A stretch of DNA of 63,575 nucleotides, the filler included, from Octopus bimaculoides (taxonomy: Eukaryota), in the NCBI RefSeq assembly GCF_001194135.2. It is 6 parts of 3 records of this genome, joined end to end, with 100 filler letters (N's around TTAATTAATTAA, not from the genome) between each part and the next. Parts side by side here need not be neighbours in the genome. Positions count along the whole stretch, not along the records: positions 44,095 to 53,073 come from NC_068983.1; positions 53,174 to 56,496 come from NC_068986.1; positions 56,597 to 61,441 come from NC_068986.1; positions 61,542 to 63,575 come from NC_068986.1; 2 more parts are not named here. One strand, 5' to 3'. Below are positions 51,576-63,575 of the stretch, one piece after another. Below the pieces are notes generated by a model that did no database searches, was not told the DNA's origin, and saw nothing but the letters and a program-made list of their open reading frames with translations. The stretch's first letter is position 1, and each line of letters opens with the position of its first letter. The position numbers and the translations under genes are program-made.

Positions 51576-53864
51576 NNNNNNNNNNNNNNNNNNNNNNNNN
51601 NNNNNNNNNNNNNNNNNNNNNNNNNNNNNNNNNNNNNNNNNNNNNNNNNNNNNNNNNNNNNNNNNNNNNNNNNNNNNNNNNNNNNNNNNNNNNNNNNNNN
51701 NNNNNNNNNNNNNNNNNNNNNNNNNNNNNNNNNNNNNNNNNNNNNNNNNNNNNNNNNNNNNNNNNNNNNNNNNNNNNNNNNNNNNNNNNNNNNNNNNNNN
51801 NNNNNNNNNNNNNNNNNNNNNNNNNNNNNNNNNNNNNNNNNNNNNNNNNNNNNNNNNNNNNNNNNNNNNNNNNNNNNNNNNNNNNNNNNNNNNNNNNNNN
51901 NNNNNNNNNNNNNNNNNNNNNNNNNNNNNNNNNNNNNNNNNNNNNNNNNNNNNNNNNNNNNNNNNNNNNNNNNNNNNNNNNNNNNNNNNNNNNNNNNNNN
52001 NNNNNNNNNNNNNNNNNNNNNNNNNNNNNNNNNNNNNNNNNNNNNNNNNNNNNNNNNNNNNNNNNNNNNNNNNNNNNNNNNNNNNNNNNNNNNNNNNNNN
52101 NNNNNNNNNNNNNNNNNNNNNNNNNNNNNNNNNNNNNNNNNNNNNNNNNNNNNNNNNNNNNNNNNNNNNNNNNNNNNNNNNNNNATATACACTTACGGAG
52201 GAAAAGTGGCTGAACTCCTTTTAGTGTTGGGCCTCATGGAGGGAATGACCAAGACCTTTGGCATTATGTTGTGCCAAAGAAGACCCATCAAGCCAAGCAA
52301 AATCACAGTGGTGGCAGATAGTGATGTCACACATATTGGCACCCATGCCGGTGGCACATAAAGGCACCCATTACACTCTCAGGGTGGTTGGTGTTAGGGA
52401 AGGGCAGGCATCCAGCCATAGAAAACCACGCCAAATCAGACTGCAGTCTGGTGCAGTCTCCCAGCTCACTAGCTCTGGTCAAACCGTCCAACCCATGCCA
52501 ACATGAACGATGGACATTAAATGATGATGATAATAATGTACACACACACGTGCACACAAACATATATACACACATATGCACACAAACATATATACACATA
52601 TATGCACAAATGGACAGAAACCATCATAGGTAACACATTTTATTATAAGCATATATATTTACATTAAAAATATGCTAGTTTCTCTGTAGCTATTTCTGCA
52701 TGGTTGTGGTCGAGGTGAGAGCTGTATGGGTGGGGAATTCTTTCTCTTAAAACTGCTATAAAATGATGTGCCGAATGTTATGAAGCTCCATGTCTGTGAA
52801 TATTTCTCGACTAGCAGAAAGATAAGACTGTCTGCAGGAGATATTGCGATGCTGGATGGATGGTGATGTTTCTCTGATGTATGCAGTGAATATGTTTTTA
52901 GCTCCAGCCAATCTAGGAACATCTTTAACCATCCAACAACACCCAAATATCTCCAACAGACCATGTTATCTTTCTCAAAATAGACAAATATTCACAAACA
53001 CACACAAATTCTCTACAATGGCACATCATACACAGATATATATATATAGATAAAACTATATATATATATATATNNNNNNNNNNNNNNNNNNNNNNNNNNN
53101 NNNNNNNNNNNNNNNNNTTAATTAATTAANNNNNNNNNNNNNNNNNNNNNNNNNNNNNNNNNNNNNNNNNNNNAGAGAGAGAGAGAGAGAGAGAGAGAAA
53201 CCGCTGCATTTATTGAGTATATGAATAGTTTAGCTGCTTTGTTTCTCTGGCGACTGTCAGAATAATGTAGACGCCTGGTATTTACAGAACTTAGCGGGTC
53301 GACAAGACGCCTGGTATCTACAGAATCTAGCGGTTCGCCAAGAGATAACGAGAGAATATGTACTGGGCTTACAAAGAATAAGTTCGACTAAAGGCGGTGC
53401 TGCAGCATGGCCGCAGTTAAATGACTGAAACAAGTAAAAGAATAAAAGAATGCATGTGTGTGTGCGTGAATGTGGACGTGCATACAATTATCACTGGAAT
53501 TGTACATTGGATTTAATTCATTGTAAACTGAGCTTTTATAGATTTATTAGCCATATAATAACCAGCTTGTCTTTTGTAGTACAACTCTTTGTCTTTTATT
53601 AAATTCGAAAAGATTTAAAGTGAAGTAAAATTCTGATCTTCTGTAACTTTTTTTTGCAATATATGAGTTGAAATAAATTTTACGGAATCGCATTTCAATA
53701 TCTGAAAATCAAGTTATCTTACAATCAGACATTATTTTAAACCAGTTATATATACACAAGAGAAAAACTTTTATTTTTCTGGTTTGATATCAAGTTACCT
53801 TAAATGATTAGCAAACAATTGAAATTATCTCTTTTTCTCTGACCACCTTCCTGTTTCTCTGTCT

Positions 53865-53869
53865 ATGTA

Positions 53870-53943
<74 letters not shown>

Positions 53944-53944
53944 C

Positions 53945-54010
<66 letters not shown>
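53865..54010. repeat. (TATC)n microsatellite, one of many (TA)n, (CA)n, (GA)n, (TAA)n and (TACA)n tracts
   Basis: Directly visible. Confidence 0.95.
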
Positions 54011-54012
<2 letters not shown>

Positions 54013-54074
54013 ATATATATATATGCATGTATATATATACATATTTACATATGTGTGTCTGATGTGTATTGTAG

Positions 54075-54176
54075 TACGAATATGGAATCCTAAATGACAG
54101 TGATCTCAAAGAATTCTTCCAAACGAGTCAGAAGGATCCATATGAGAGAATGTGGCTCCAGATGCAAAGTGATGAG
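54075..54176 (+). CDS. Ionotropic glutamate receptor / IR family S2 exon ([34 protein letters not shown])
   Basis: TTGTAG acceptor, GTAATA donor, 102 nt, phase 0/0. Aligns with the iGluR YGTLxxGSTKEFFxxSxxxxYxKMWxxM segment. Confidence 0.85.
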
Positions 54177-55331
54177 GTAATATTCCTTTTACATTTAAAG
54201 TACACAGATTAATGTATTGATTGCCATTCATAGGCAAGCATGTCCGCGAACACTGATAGACGCATATGCACGCACATTCGCGTCACTCATATACTACTAG
54301 TATCTCTCGATCTTAAAATTGCCTTTAGCAGCAATCCAGAATTTGTAAACACTAGGCATATGATATCAAAGCAAGAGCGTTGTAAAAAATCTTTCCAGGA
54401 TCTTTTGAGCAATAGAATATCACTCTAAGTAACATTGATACATTTATGCATATCTGAAGGAGTTTGTAATAGGCACATAGTGGTTGGAAACGATCTTCTG
54501 GTCGTCCAAGGAAACTATTTTCCATTGTTTTTTTCATTGCTGATGCTATGTTTCGGTCGCATCTCCTAAGAGGTGTTACCATTCTTTCTTTACTGGTGAC
54601 AGGAGGTGAAATTTCACCTGAAAACCCACAGAACTGAATCAGACGCGTTAAAAATCTCACTCATTCACAGCCCTTAACATGTACCTTATATATCAACCCC
54701 GAATGAACGAAGAGCAAAATTAACCTTCTATCCGATACTTTAATCACATTGCCAAATATCCACTGGCTACCTTTTGTAACATGCAGGAATTAACCCCTAG
54801 ATATTACGCATTATATTTGCTAAAAACTATCAAGGTGCAAATAAAATTTATACTAAAACGAACTTCTGTTCAGTTTCATAAATTATCAGCTTCTTACATT
54901 TGTAACAGTTGGATCTGTACCTGCGCATATATTTTTTCGTGCAGTGAATCAAGCCCAAAGTAAAACTTTAATTCTTAATGGCCTTTTCAGAAAATTTTGA
55001 TCATTACAAGTACCTTTCTTTTTCATAAGAATAAAGAATACGTGTATATTGCCTAAAGCAATCTAATTTTATTATGCAGTGAATAGTAGAGAGTAGGAAG
55101 TTTGTTCAGTATAATTTTGATTCATCCCTTTTTAATTTAACTTACTTTTCTTATATTCTGGAACAAGATTTGAATATTAACTGACCTAATTTTCTTTTTA
55201 CTTCAAGCTGACAACGTTTGACAATGCAAAATATATCAAATTTTAATTATAAACCTTCTAAAATGATTCGATTCGAATGATATATATCGTGTTACTATTT
55301 ACTTGAACGATGTCTGTCTTCTTTTTTGTAG

Positions 55332-55576
55332 TTAATAATTGACAAAATAGAGAATGCAATTGAGAAAGTTCGTAAAAATAATTTTGCCTTAATAAATGAC
55401 CAAATTGTCAATGAGTATTATGCTGGAAAAAACTGTGAACTAGAATCCCACACGCAACCCATAAAAGAAAAATCATATGCTTTTGCCTTCCCTAAAGGCG
55501 CTCCTTATCGTGACGAAATTAATCGAGTGTTGTTAGAATTGAAAGAAAATGGTACTTTGGATAAAATAAAAAACGA
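55332..55576 (+). CDS. Ionotropic glutamate receptor / IR family S2 exon (LIIDKIENAIEKVRKNNFALINDQ...SYAFAFPKGAPYRDEINRVLLELKENGTLDKIKN)
   Basis: TTTTTTGTAG acceptor, GTAAGT donor, 245 nt, phase 0 to 2. Typical YxxAFPKGSPYRDxINxxLLxLKExGxLDK motif. Confidence 0.9.
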
Positions 55577-56650
55577 GTAAGTTTTAAGGAATTTGAAGTA
55601 TTGTTTTTTTCTGAATAATTTCGCATTGTACGTGCGTACATTCGAATTTAACAAGTTTGAAATTCTAAAATTCCGCCATAACAAACATCAAATCACAATG
55701 AATAGTTATATATTACATTTCTATACTTAAAATTTTCTTTTCCACCGACAAATTTTTATACAATGGTAAACTAGAAAAGATGCTGTTAATCTTGAATAGC
55801 ATACATATTTTCATCAAGTTTCATTTTATACTCGTTGAGAGCTTATCTTTTTTTTTTCACAATGCACGTTCAAAGAATACTTACAGTTTGGAAATTGATT
55901 TGTGATATTGCTAATGACGTTGACAATGTTTCGAAGTTTTAAATAATTACACATTTCCGTACCCTAGACAGAGAAGGTCAAATGAGTTCAAAGCATGTCA
56001 GGAGTTGTCTTCGTACTTGTCGAAAATCTCAACAGAATATTGTTTAGTATTACTTGGTCCTTACTGCATAATAGTTTTTTATTCCATATAGATAATGCTA
56101 TATGCATTAAATACGTTAGCACGAGCTCAGCTACTCAAGTTCGGTGAAGTGAAAATTTCAGTTTCGTCTTCAGTCAGTAACTGATTATCGTTAGTATTCT
56201 AGAGGGTGGGGGTATCATAAGATTTTCACACTATTCGAGTGCTATTTTCTGTGGAGAAGACTACAGCTAACTATGAGTTGTTTGAAGCTGGAATTATTTC
56301 ATGAAACATTTTATACTATCAAACCAGTCGGCTTTAACAGTAGTGATTTTAGTTCACTTAATATTTATATATCAAATAAGGCAGCGAGCTGGCAGAAACG
56401 TTAGCACGCCGGGTGAAATGCTTAGCGGTATTTCGTCTGTCTTTACGTTTTGAGTTCAAATTCCGCCGAGGTCGACTAAGCGTTTCGGGGACGATANNNN
56501 NNNNNNNNNNNNNNNNNNNNNNNNNNNNNNNNNNNNNNNNTTAATTAATTAANNNNNNNNNNNNNNNNNNNNNNNNNNNNNNNNNNNNNNNNNNNNTATA
56601 TATATATATCTATGACCACAGCTCATGAGCTGAATGAAAAATGAAAATGA

Positions 56651-56687
<37 letters not shown>

Positions 56688-59600
56688 CACACACATATCT
56701 ACACACGCATATATTTCGCTAGAGCTGATGATTCACACTGTTGCTATTCACAGTCTCTTGTTACATTCGATCCTTCAGGCAATATAAAGATGAATGGAAG
56801 AACTTGGTTAGGAGTTCAGTGATGTAAGTTACTGGAATTATTGAATTATTTTGATTATTCGAATTTCGTTGGCTGGCTTTGATCAGGTGATAAAGCGTAC
56901 GGTAATGGGATTATGGCGATTCGGAAATGGACGAAGGAATCCCTGTGGAAAATTCACAGTTTATTTGGTAATTACATTGGAAAGGTGAGATTTTCCTTGG
57001 TTGGTCCAAGTGAACTGAGTATTACTATACAGAATTACGATTGTATGACACTAACGGGTACTTATTGATAATGATCTGTAGAGGAAGTGTTATGAATCGT
57101 TAACAAGTTTACAGAGGAAAGCTTTTTNNNNNNNNNNNNNNNNNNNNNNNNNNNNNNNNNNNNNNNNNNNNNNNNNNNNNNNNNNNNNNNNNNNNNNNNN
57201 NNNNNNNNNNNNNNNNNNNNNNNNNNNNNNNNNNNNNNNNNNNNNNNNNNNNNNNNNNNNNNNNNNNNNNNNNNNNNNNNNNNNNNNNNNNNNNNNNNNN
57301 NNNNNNNNNNNNNNNNNNNNNNNNNNNNNNNNNNNNNNNNNNNNNNNNNNNNNNNNNNNNNNNNNNNNNNNNNNNNNNNNNNNNNNNNNNGGATATTAGC
57401 GTCAAAACTCTCATTTAAATTTTTGATATATAACCAAGGAGATCGATCCTTAAGGAGTCTACTTTAGACCTTTGGGGAGAAATCTCTTGCTATATTGGTA
57501 GCGATTACATGTTTATCTCATCAACACATTGTGGAGATATCATCATATGAACATATATATATATATATGTATAGTTTAGATTCAGGTGAATATGGTACTT
57601 AAGTTTAGGCACCAGAATTAAGTATGGTATTATCCATACAGTTTCAAAATAGGGTGATTAAAATCAAAATAAGCAACAAGGATATCCAAAGGTAATGCAG
57701 TACGATCGTTTCATGCGACTCCATTTAATTGAGCAATGTAAACATTATATCAAATATAAAATGTAGAGCAATCTTCAGCTGCACAAAGATATAGAAATTT
57801 AATGAAATTACATTTAAACAGAAGGACATATTTTTATAATTAAATCTAAACTCTCCAAGCAGAAATGAGGAATACAAAAAACCAGTTTGACTTAGCCAGA
57901 CCATACAGGCTAGTATGTATGTATGTATGTATGTATGTATGTATGTATGTATGTATGTATGTATGTATGTATGCATGTGTGTATATGTGTATGTATTATG
58001 TATGTATGTGTGTGTCTATGTGTGGTGAATACATATATTAGTGTTATGTGCGTTTGCATGAATATATGTAGGTCCCTGAACATTTATTTGTTGTTTTATC
58101 AAAATAAATAAATAAATAAATAAATAAATAAAGTGACAGATTCTCGGAGTTTTATAAAATATGGAATCCAAAGAAATTAAGTTGTTTGGTTTTCGTCGTA
58201 TAAGTAATCCAAAAGAAGAGAATCACATCAGAAATGAAACAAAGTATATGAAACTGCATGGAAAAGGAACGAACAAGGCATCGACATTTCATGCAAAACC
58301 TCTTTATGAAGATAAATTAGAAAAAAATAAATAAATAAAGGAGAGAAAAGGATTGTCTGCGTTTTATTGTCTTTGGTCGTGATGGTAATGGTTGACATAA
58401 AATGGGTATGTGGTTTTTTAGCAGATGAAAGCGGTAATGCACTGTGAGGAACACATCGGCCACGCGCAAAGGAAAGAAAGAATGAATGAATAGCAACAGC
58501 TAGTTTGTATTTGTGGGGTGGAGGATTAGCAGACTTCTGTGTGTGAGCATGTATGTGTGCGCGCGGGTGGGAGCGTGAGCTTGATGTGAATATACGTGCG
58601 TTTGCGTAAAAGGATAAAAGAAGCTAGAGGAATACTAATTGATTATTAAATTCCTTCGAAAAGTGAAGTTCCCAAGTGAAAGATCAATCGTTGTTCATGA
58701 AGAAGTCGGGTGGCGAGTGTCCGCCTTTATGGAGAAGTCTCCAGTCGGCAAAATCGTAGTATGTGTAACCATAAAGTTGAAACGGTGTTTTAGTTAAGAC
58801 GGCACTAGGCGTTTGTGCTTATGTGAAATTTTGTGTGTATGTGTATGTGCGTATGTGTAAAAGTATGTGTATGTATGCATATATACACTCACATACACAT
58901 ACACATTGCATCCATGAACGTATGCATGCGTTTATGTATACAATGCGTGTATATGTATGAGTGTTCTTACTGTAGTGTGTAAATGTGCGTTCTGGGCGGC
59001 TGAGTGCCACCCTCCTCCCTCCACAAATACAGACGAAACCACCACCCCGACAGATTCAAATAGCGTTCTGGTGTGATGATGGCCTGTATAGTTCACTTCA
59101 CATAACCGCAAACAAATTAATAGACAGCGGGAGGGAGAGAGAGTAGGAGATGGATAGAAAGGGGTTGAGAAATAAAGAGAAAGAAAACGAGAATGAGAGA
59201 CACAGATGCACACACATATAGCGGCAAACGTAGATATACACATACACATAGATCTATAGAGAGTGAGGAGAGGGAAAGAGAATGATAGGAAAAAATGAGA
59301 GGGAGAGTAAAAGAGTAAATGAATGAAAGGGAGTAAGAAAATGAGAGGGAGAATGAGACAAAAAAAATAGTAACATTCTCGACTAAGAGACCCTCACACA
59401 CATAAATTTCGGTGAGTGTGACATATGAGTGTACAGCAAACAGACGGTAGTCTCCTAGGCAGTTGATAAATGATGACATGGCAATAAAGGTAAAGGGGAG
59501 CAAATCGTGTTATACGTTTGATGTATAACTGTAGTAGTGAGATGGGTAGGGTGGTTGTTTGGGCTGGGTTGGTGTGAAAGTGGTGATTGTCATAATATAT

Positions 59601-59688
59601 ATAGATATTAATGGACGGCTTGGCCATTTCCTGTTTCAATACCAATGTTTGCGTCTCTCTCTCTCTCTCTTTCTGTATATATGTGTCT

Positions 59689-59726
<38 letters not shown>

Positions 59727-61550
59727 TTAAATATGCAGGAGAAGTGTGCAGTGATTTAGTGTGACTGTGAGATAGCTGATAAACAAGGAAAATTATATCT
59801 ATAACTGTATATATATAATTCTTTTATTCTTTTATTCTTTAACTTGCTTCAGTCATTTGACTGCGGCCATGCTGGAGCACCGCCTTTTTAGTCAAACAAA
59901 TCGACCCCAGGACTTATTCTTTGTAAGCCCAGTACTTATTCTATCGGTCTCTTTTTGCCGAACCGCTAAGTTACGGGGACGTAAACACAGCAGCATCGGT
60001 TGTCAAGCGATGTTGAAGGGACAAACACAGACACACAGACACACAAGCACACACACACACACACNNNNNNNNNNNNNNNNNNNNNNNNNNNNNNNNNNNN
60101 NNNNNNNNNNNNNNNNNNNNNNNNNNNNNNNNNNNNNNNNNNNNNNNNNNNNNNNNNNNNNNNNNNNNNNNNNNNNNNNNNNNNNNNNNNNNNNNNNNNN
60201 NNNNNNNNNNNNNNNNNNNNNNNNNNNNNNNNNNNNNNNNNNNNNNNNNNNNNNNNNNNNNNNNNNNNNNNNNNNNNNNNNNNNNNNNNNNNNNNNNNNN
60301 NNNNNNNNNNNNNNNNNNNNNNNNNNNNNNNNNNNNNNNNNNNNNNNNNNNNNNNNNNNNNNNNNNNNNNNNNNNNNNNNNNNNNNNNNNNNNNNNNNNN
60401 NNNNNNNNNNNNNNNNNNNNNNNNNNNNNNNNNNNNNNNNNNNNNNNNNNNNNNNNNNNNNNNNNNNNNNNNNNNNNNNNNNNNNNNNNNNNNNNNNNNN
60501 NNNNNNNNNNNNNNNNNNNNNNNNNNNNNNNNNNNTGGATGTTGATCTGCATGAAAGAACAGGTCATACTAGTCAGAAAACATATTGAAAATGAAAATGC
60601 ACTCAGCTGTTATAGGCTTATGCATAAAAATAAAGAAAAAAAAATCAAGAATTGAAACGAATATCCCTTTTATGAAAAAAGCAACAAAAACGTTTGTTTT
60701 TGTTGCTTTCTTGCATATGTTGATGCAACTCGTAAAACACAAAATTGCATTTAATTCATTCCTTTATGTATATTGATGTTTTTCAAATGTTCAAATGGTG
60801 TTTTTCGTAATATTTTTTCAGAAAATTTATAAAATTTAGTAATTTTCAAACTCTAGACATTAAACGGTAATTTTATATGCGTTTATATATTCGAATACTG
60901 TGATGTGCTATTGCAGCAAGCATTGCCTGCAGTAATCGGAATAATATACATACATATATATACACACATATACTCTTTTACTTGTTCCAATCATTTGATT
61001 GCGGCCATGTTGGAGCACCGCCTTTAGTCGAGCAAATCGACACCAGAACTTATTCTTTGTAAGCCTAGTATTTATTCTATCGGGGACGTAAACACACCAG
61101 CATAGGTTGTTAGGCGATGTTGGGGGGACAAATACAGACAAATAAACATACACACACACACATATATACATACATACATACGACGGGCTTCTTTCAGTTT
61201 CCGTCAACCAAATTCACTAACAAGGCTTTGGTCGGCCCGAGGCTATAGTAGAAGACACTTGCCCAAGGTGCCACGCAGTGGGACTGAACACGGAACCATG
61301 TGGTTGGTAAGCACACTACTTACCACACAGCCACTGTAGTCCAGTTCGTTAACCAAATTGTTCGTTACATTGGGTATTTGAAATAGGAGTAATCTGTTTC
61401 AAGCTACTTGTTTATGTATATATATATATATATATATATATNNNNNNNNNNNNNNNNNNNNNNNNNNNNNNNNNNNNNNNNNNNNTTAATTAATTAANNN
61501 NNNNNNNNNNNNNNNNNNNNNNNNNNNNNNNNNNNNNNNNNGAGATGGAG

Positions 61551-61623
<73 letters not shown>

Positions 61624-63473
61624 TGCATGTATGTAGGCATATGTGTATACATGCAGCTATTTGTGTATGCATTTATGTACGTATGGTAATATACGAAAAG
61701 CAATATTTGTGATATTCCAATTAGGCTACAGTTAATTTATATAACAGAATCAGCATCTAAATTGCTTAATCAAATATCTAATACAATAACATGTACAGAG
61801 ATATAGATGACTAGATGACATTAGTAATAGTATAACTGAAGTAGATATATGTTGGCACCATTTACATTCCACATATATGCAAAGCATATAATCGTGACAA
61901 ACTCTGTACCGGAACGTAAATGAGCAGAAATTATAGAAAAACTGGAAAAAAATCCCAAGCTGAATGTTATGGCATAATGATACGTTTGCAATTGTGAAGG
62001 ACAGAATTATATTTATTCTGTCCTATAAAAACAAATGAATTACGTAATCTCGTTACTAGAACTAGCATTAGCAGTACGTTATACAATGTTCTTATGAACT
62101 GCAGACAGACGGCACAAATGAAGGATAATGATGCGTTGTCTCTGACAGTACTATGAAATGTAGTGTACAAATTTCAATTATCCTATTATTGCTTAGTAAT
62201 GTCAAGAAGGTATAAAACGATTTGCCATCTTTTTCCAGGAATGAACGAACGTAAAGGGTATGCAAAAATTTGCAGATTATCTCGTAGATGAGTAGACAAT
62301 AAATAAAGCGCGTAAAAATACTATTTTGCCCAGAACTTTCATGTTTCTTTCTCTCACTATAAGTATCTACTATAAAATTACATCTCATTGAAAAGATTAC
62401 TCACAATTTATAGACATGTTTCATCGCAAATACAACAGCTTCTCCCCAGCCCCCGGTCACATGCTAATATAACAGAAGCTCCTATAACTATGGCGTATAG
62501 AATCACTTTCAAACAAAGATTCCGGTAAACTTCTTCCTAACGATGCAATCTCTAATTCAAATATCGTATCTACTTATCACTTTCACAAATATATCGATAT
62601 CAAATGTTTCCATAAAATATGCCTCTGGTTTTCAAAAGCTGAAAGAAGGAAAACGGATATATGTGTATAAAACAAACATGAACGCAGGCAGACGTACATG
62701 CACATGTGAGTACATACATACATACATTTACTCACATAGATACATGCTTACACACATACATACATACATACATATTAATACATACATACATACATATTAA
62801 TACATACATACATACATATTAATACATACATACATACATACATCCATACATACATTCATACTTACTTGATGTCTACAAGTCGATTTCGAGCAATGTCATC
62901 TTTTGACTGTTCTCTCCTACATGAGCAGCACGGATAAGGCTTCTCAAACCTGCTAGGTATCTACACTCTTTTGCGCACATGTGGCAGTGATAAGCGCCTT
63001 TTTTGGTGGGTATTCATTGAGATTTATCCTCACGCTGACGAGTGACTTCATTCCATCAGTTAATTTTGCATCGAATGTTCTACTTCCTTTCGCTACGACC
63101 AATCATAGAATGCAACGCATAATGTAGATGCTAAAAGTCAATCAACGGTTTACATGAAAATATGGAAATGCGAGACACCCTGCAGAAGTCCAATACCACT
63201 CTCGAGACCACAGACGAATTTGCCTGCCAGTATCAAGTACTCAACATCATCGGATACAAAAGAAGTCGCAGTTGCTACTGCGAGATTAGGGCTCTCTCCC
63301 TCCTAAAAGTTTATGGTCTTTGACTCTACTGAGTAAATGCACGTTTTCGCCGGTTCTCTCCTTCGTCCAACAAGAGTGCTCAAAGGCAGTAAACATCTCT
63401 ACCGAGCGTGGTACTCATTATCATTAAGGTCACTGCCTGGAATCGAACTGGGAATCTTGGGGTTAATAATAGT

Positions 63474-63477
63474 AACC

Positions 63478-63575
<98 letters not shown>
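63474..63575. repeat. (TAA)n microsatellite
   Basis: Directly visible to the window end. Confidence 0.95.

Noticed and set aside
54352-54660. 102-aa minus-strand ORF inside the IR intron
   Set aside because: No recognisable domain or donor site.
56746-56994. Exon-like pair after the IR as its next exons
   Set aside because: The phase-compatible readings give stops and no WW/M4 segment, and the region lies beyond a linker.
42-62800. Most ORF-track entries ([16 protein letters not shown] and X-filled ORFs)
   Set aside because: They are translations of microsatellites or N gaps.

Overview
Repeat-rich, gappy animal genomic DNA. The SINE, RTE and microsatellite families point to an octopus (inference). 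Most ORF-track entries are microsatellite or N artefacts. Three genes can be built by hand from GT-AG exons with matching phases. (1) Plus strand, 3453-12907: the last three exons of a PLEKHG7-like RhoGEF PH domain. Its terminal exon has an in-frame TGA-CAA-TTA followed by a stem-loop and 74 more open codons, a candidate programmed stop-codon readthrough and the top finding. (2) Minus strand, 34581-42999: six exons of the JmjC gene HSPBAP1. (3) Plus strand, 54075-55576: two S2 ligand-binding exons of a divergent ionotropic glutamate-receptor-family (IR-like) gene. The rest includes Helitron, mariner, R4/Dong, RTE and SINE relics and several MITEs. One MITE is a 602-bp foldback element with a palindromic (CCCTAA)n(TTAGGG)n core. 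There is also a degenerate hammerhead motif. Five artificial 100-bp TTAATTAATTAA linker gaps make long-range adjacency uncertain.
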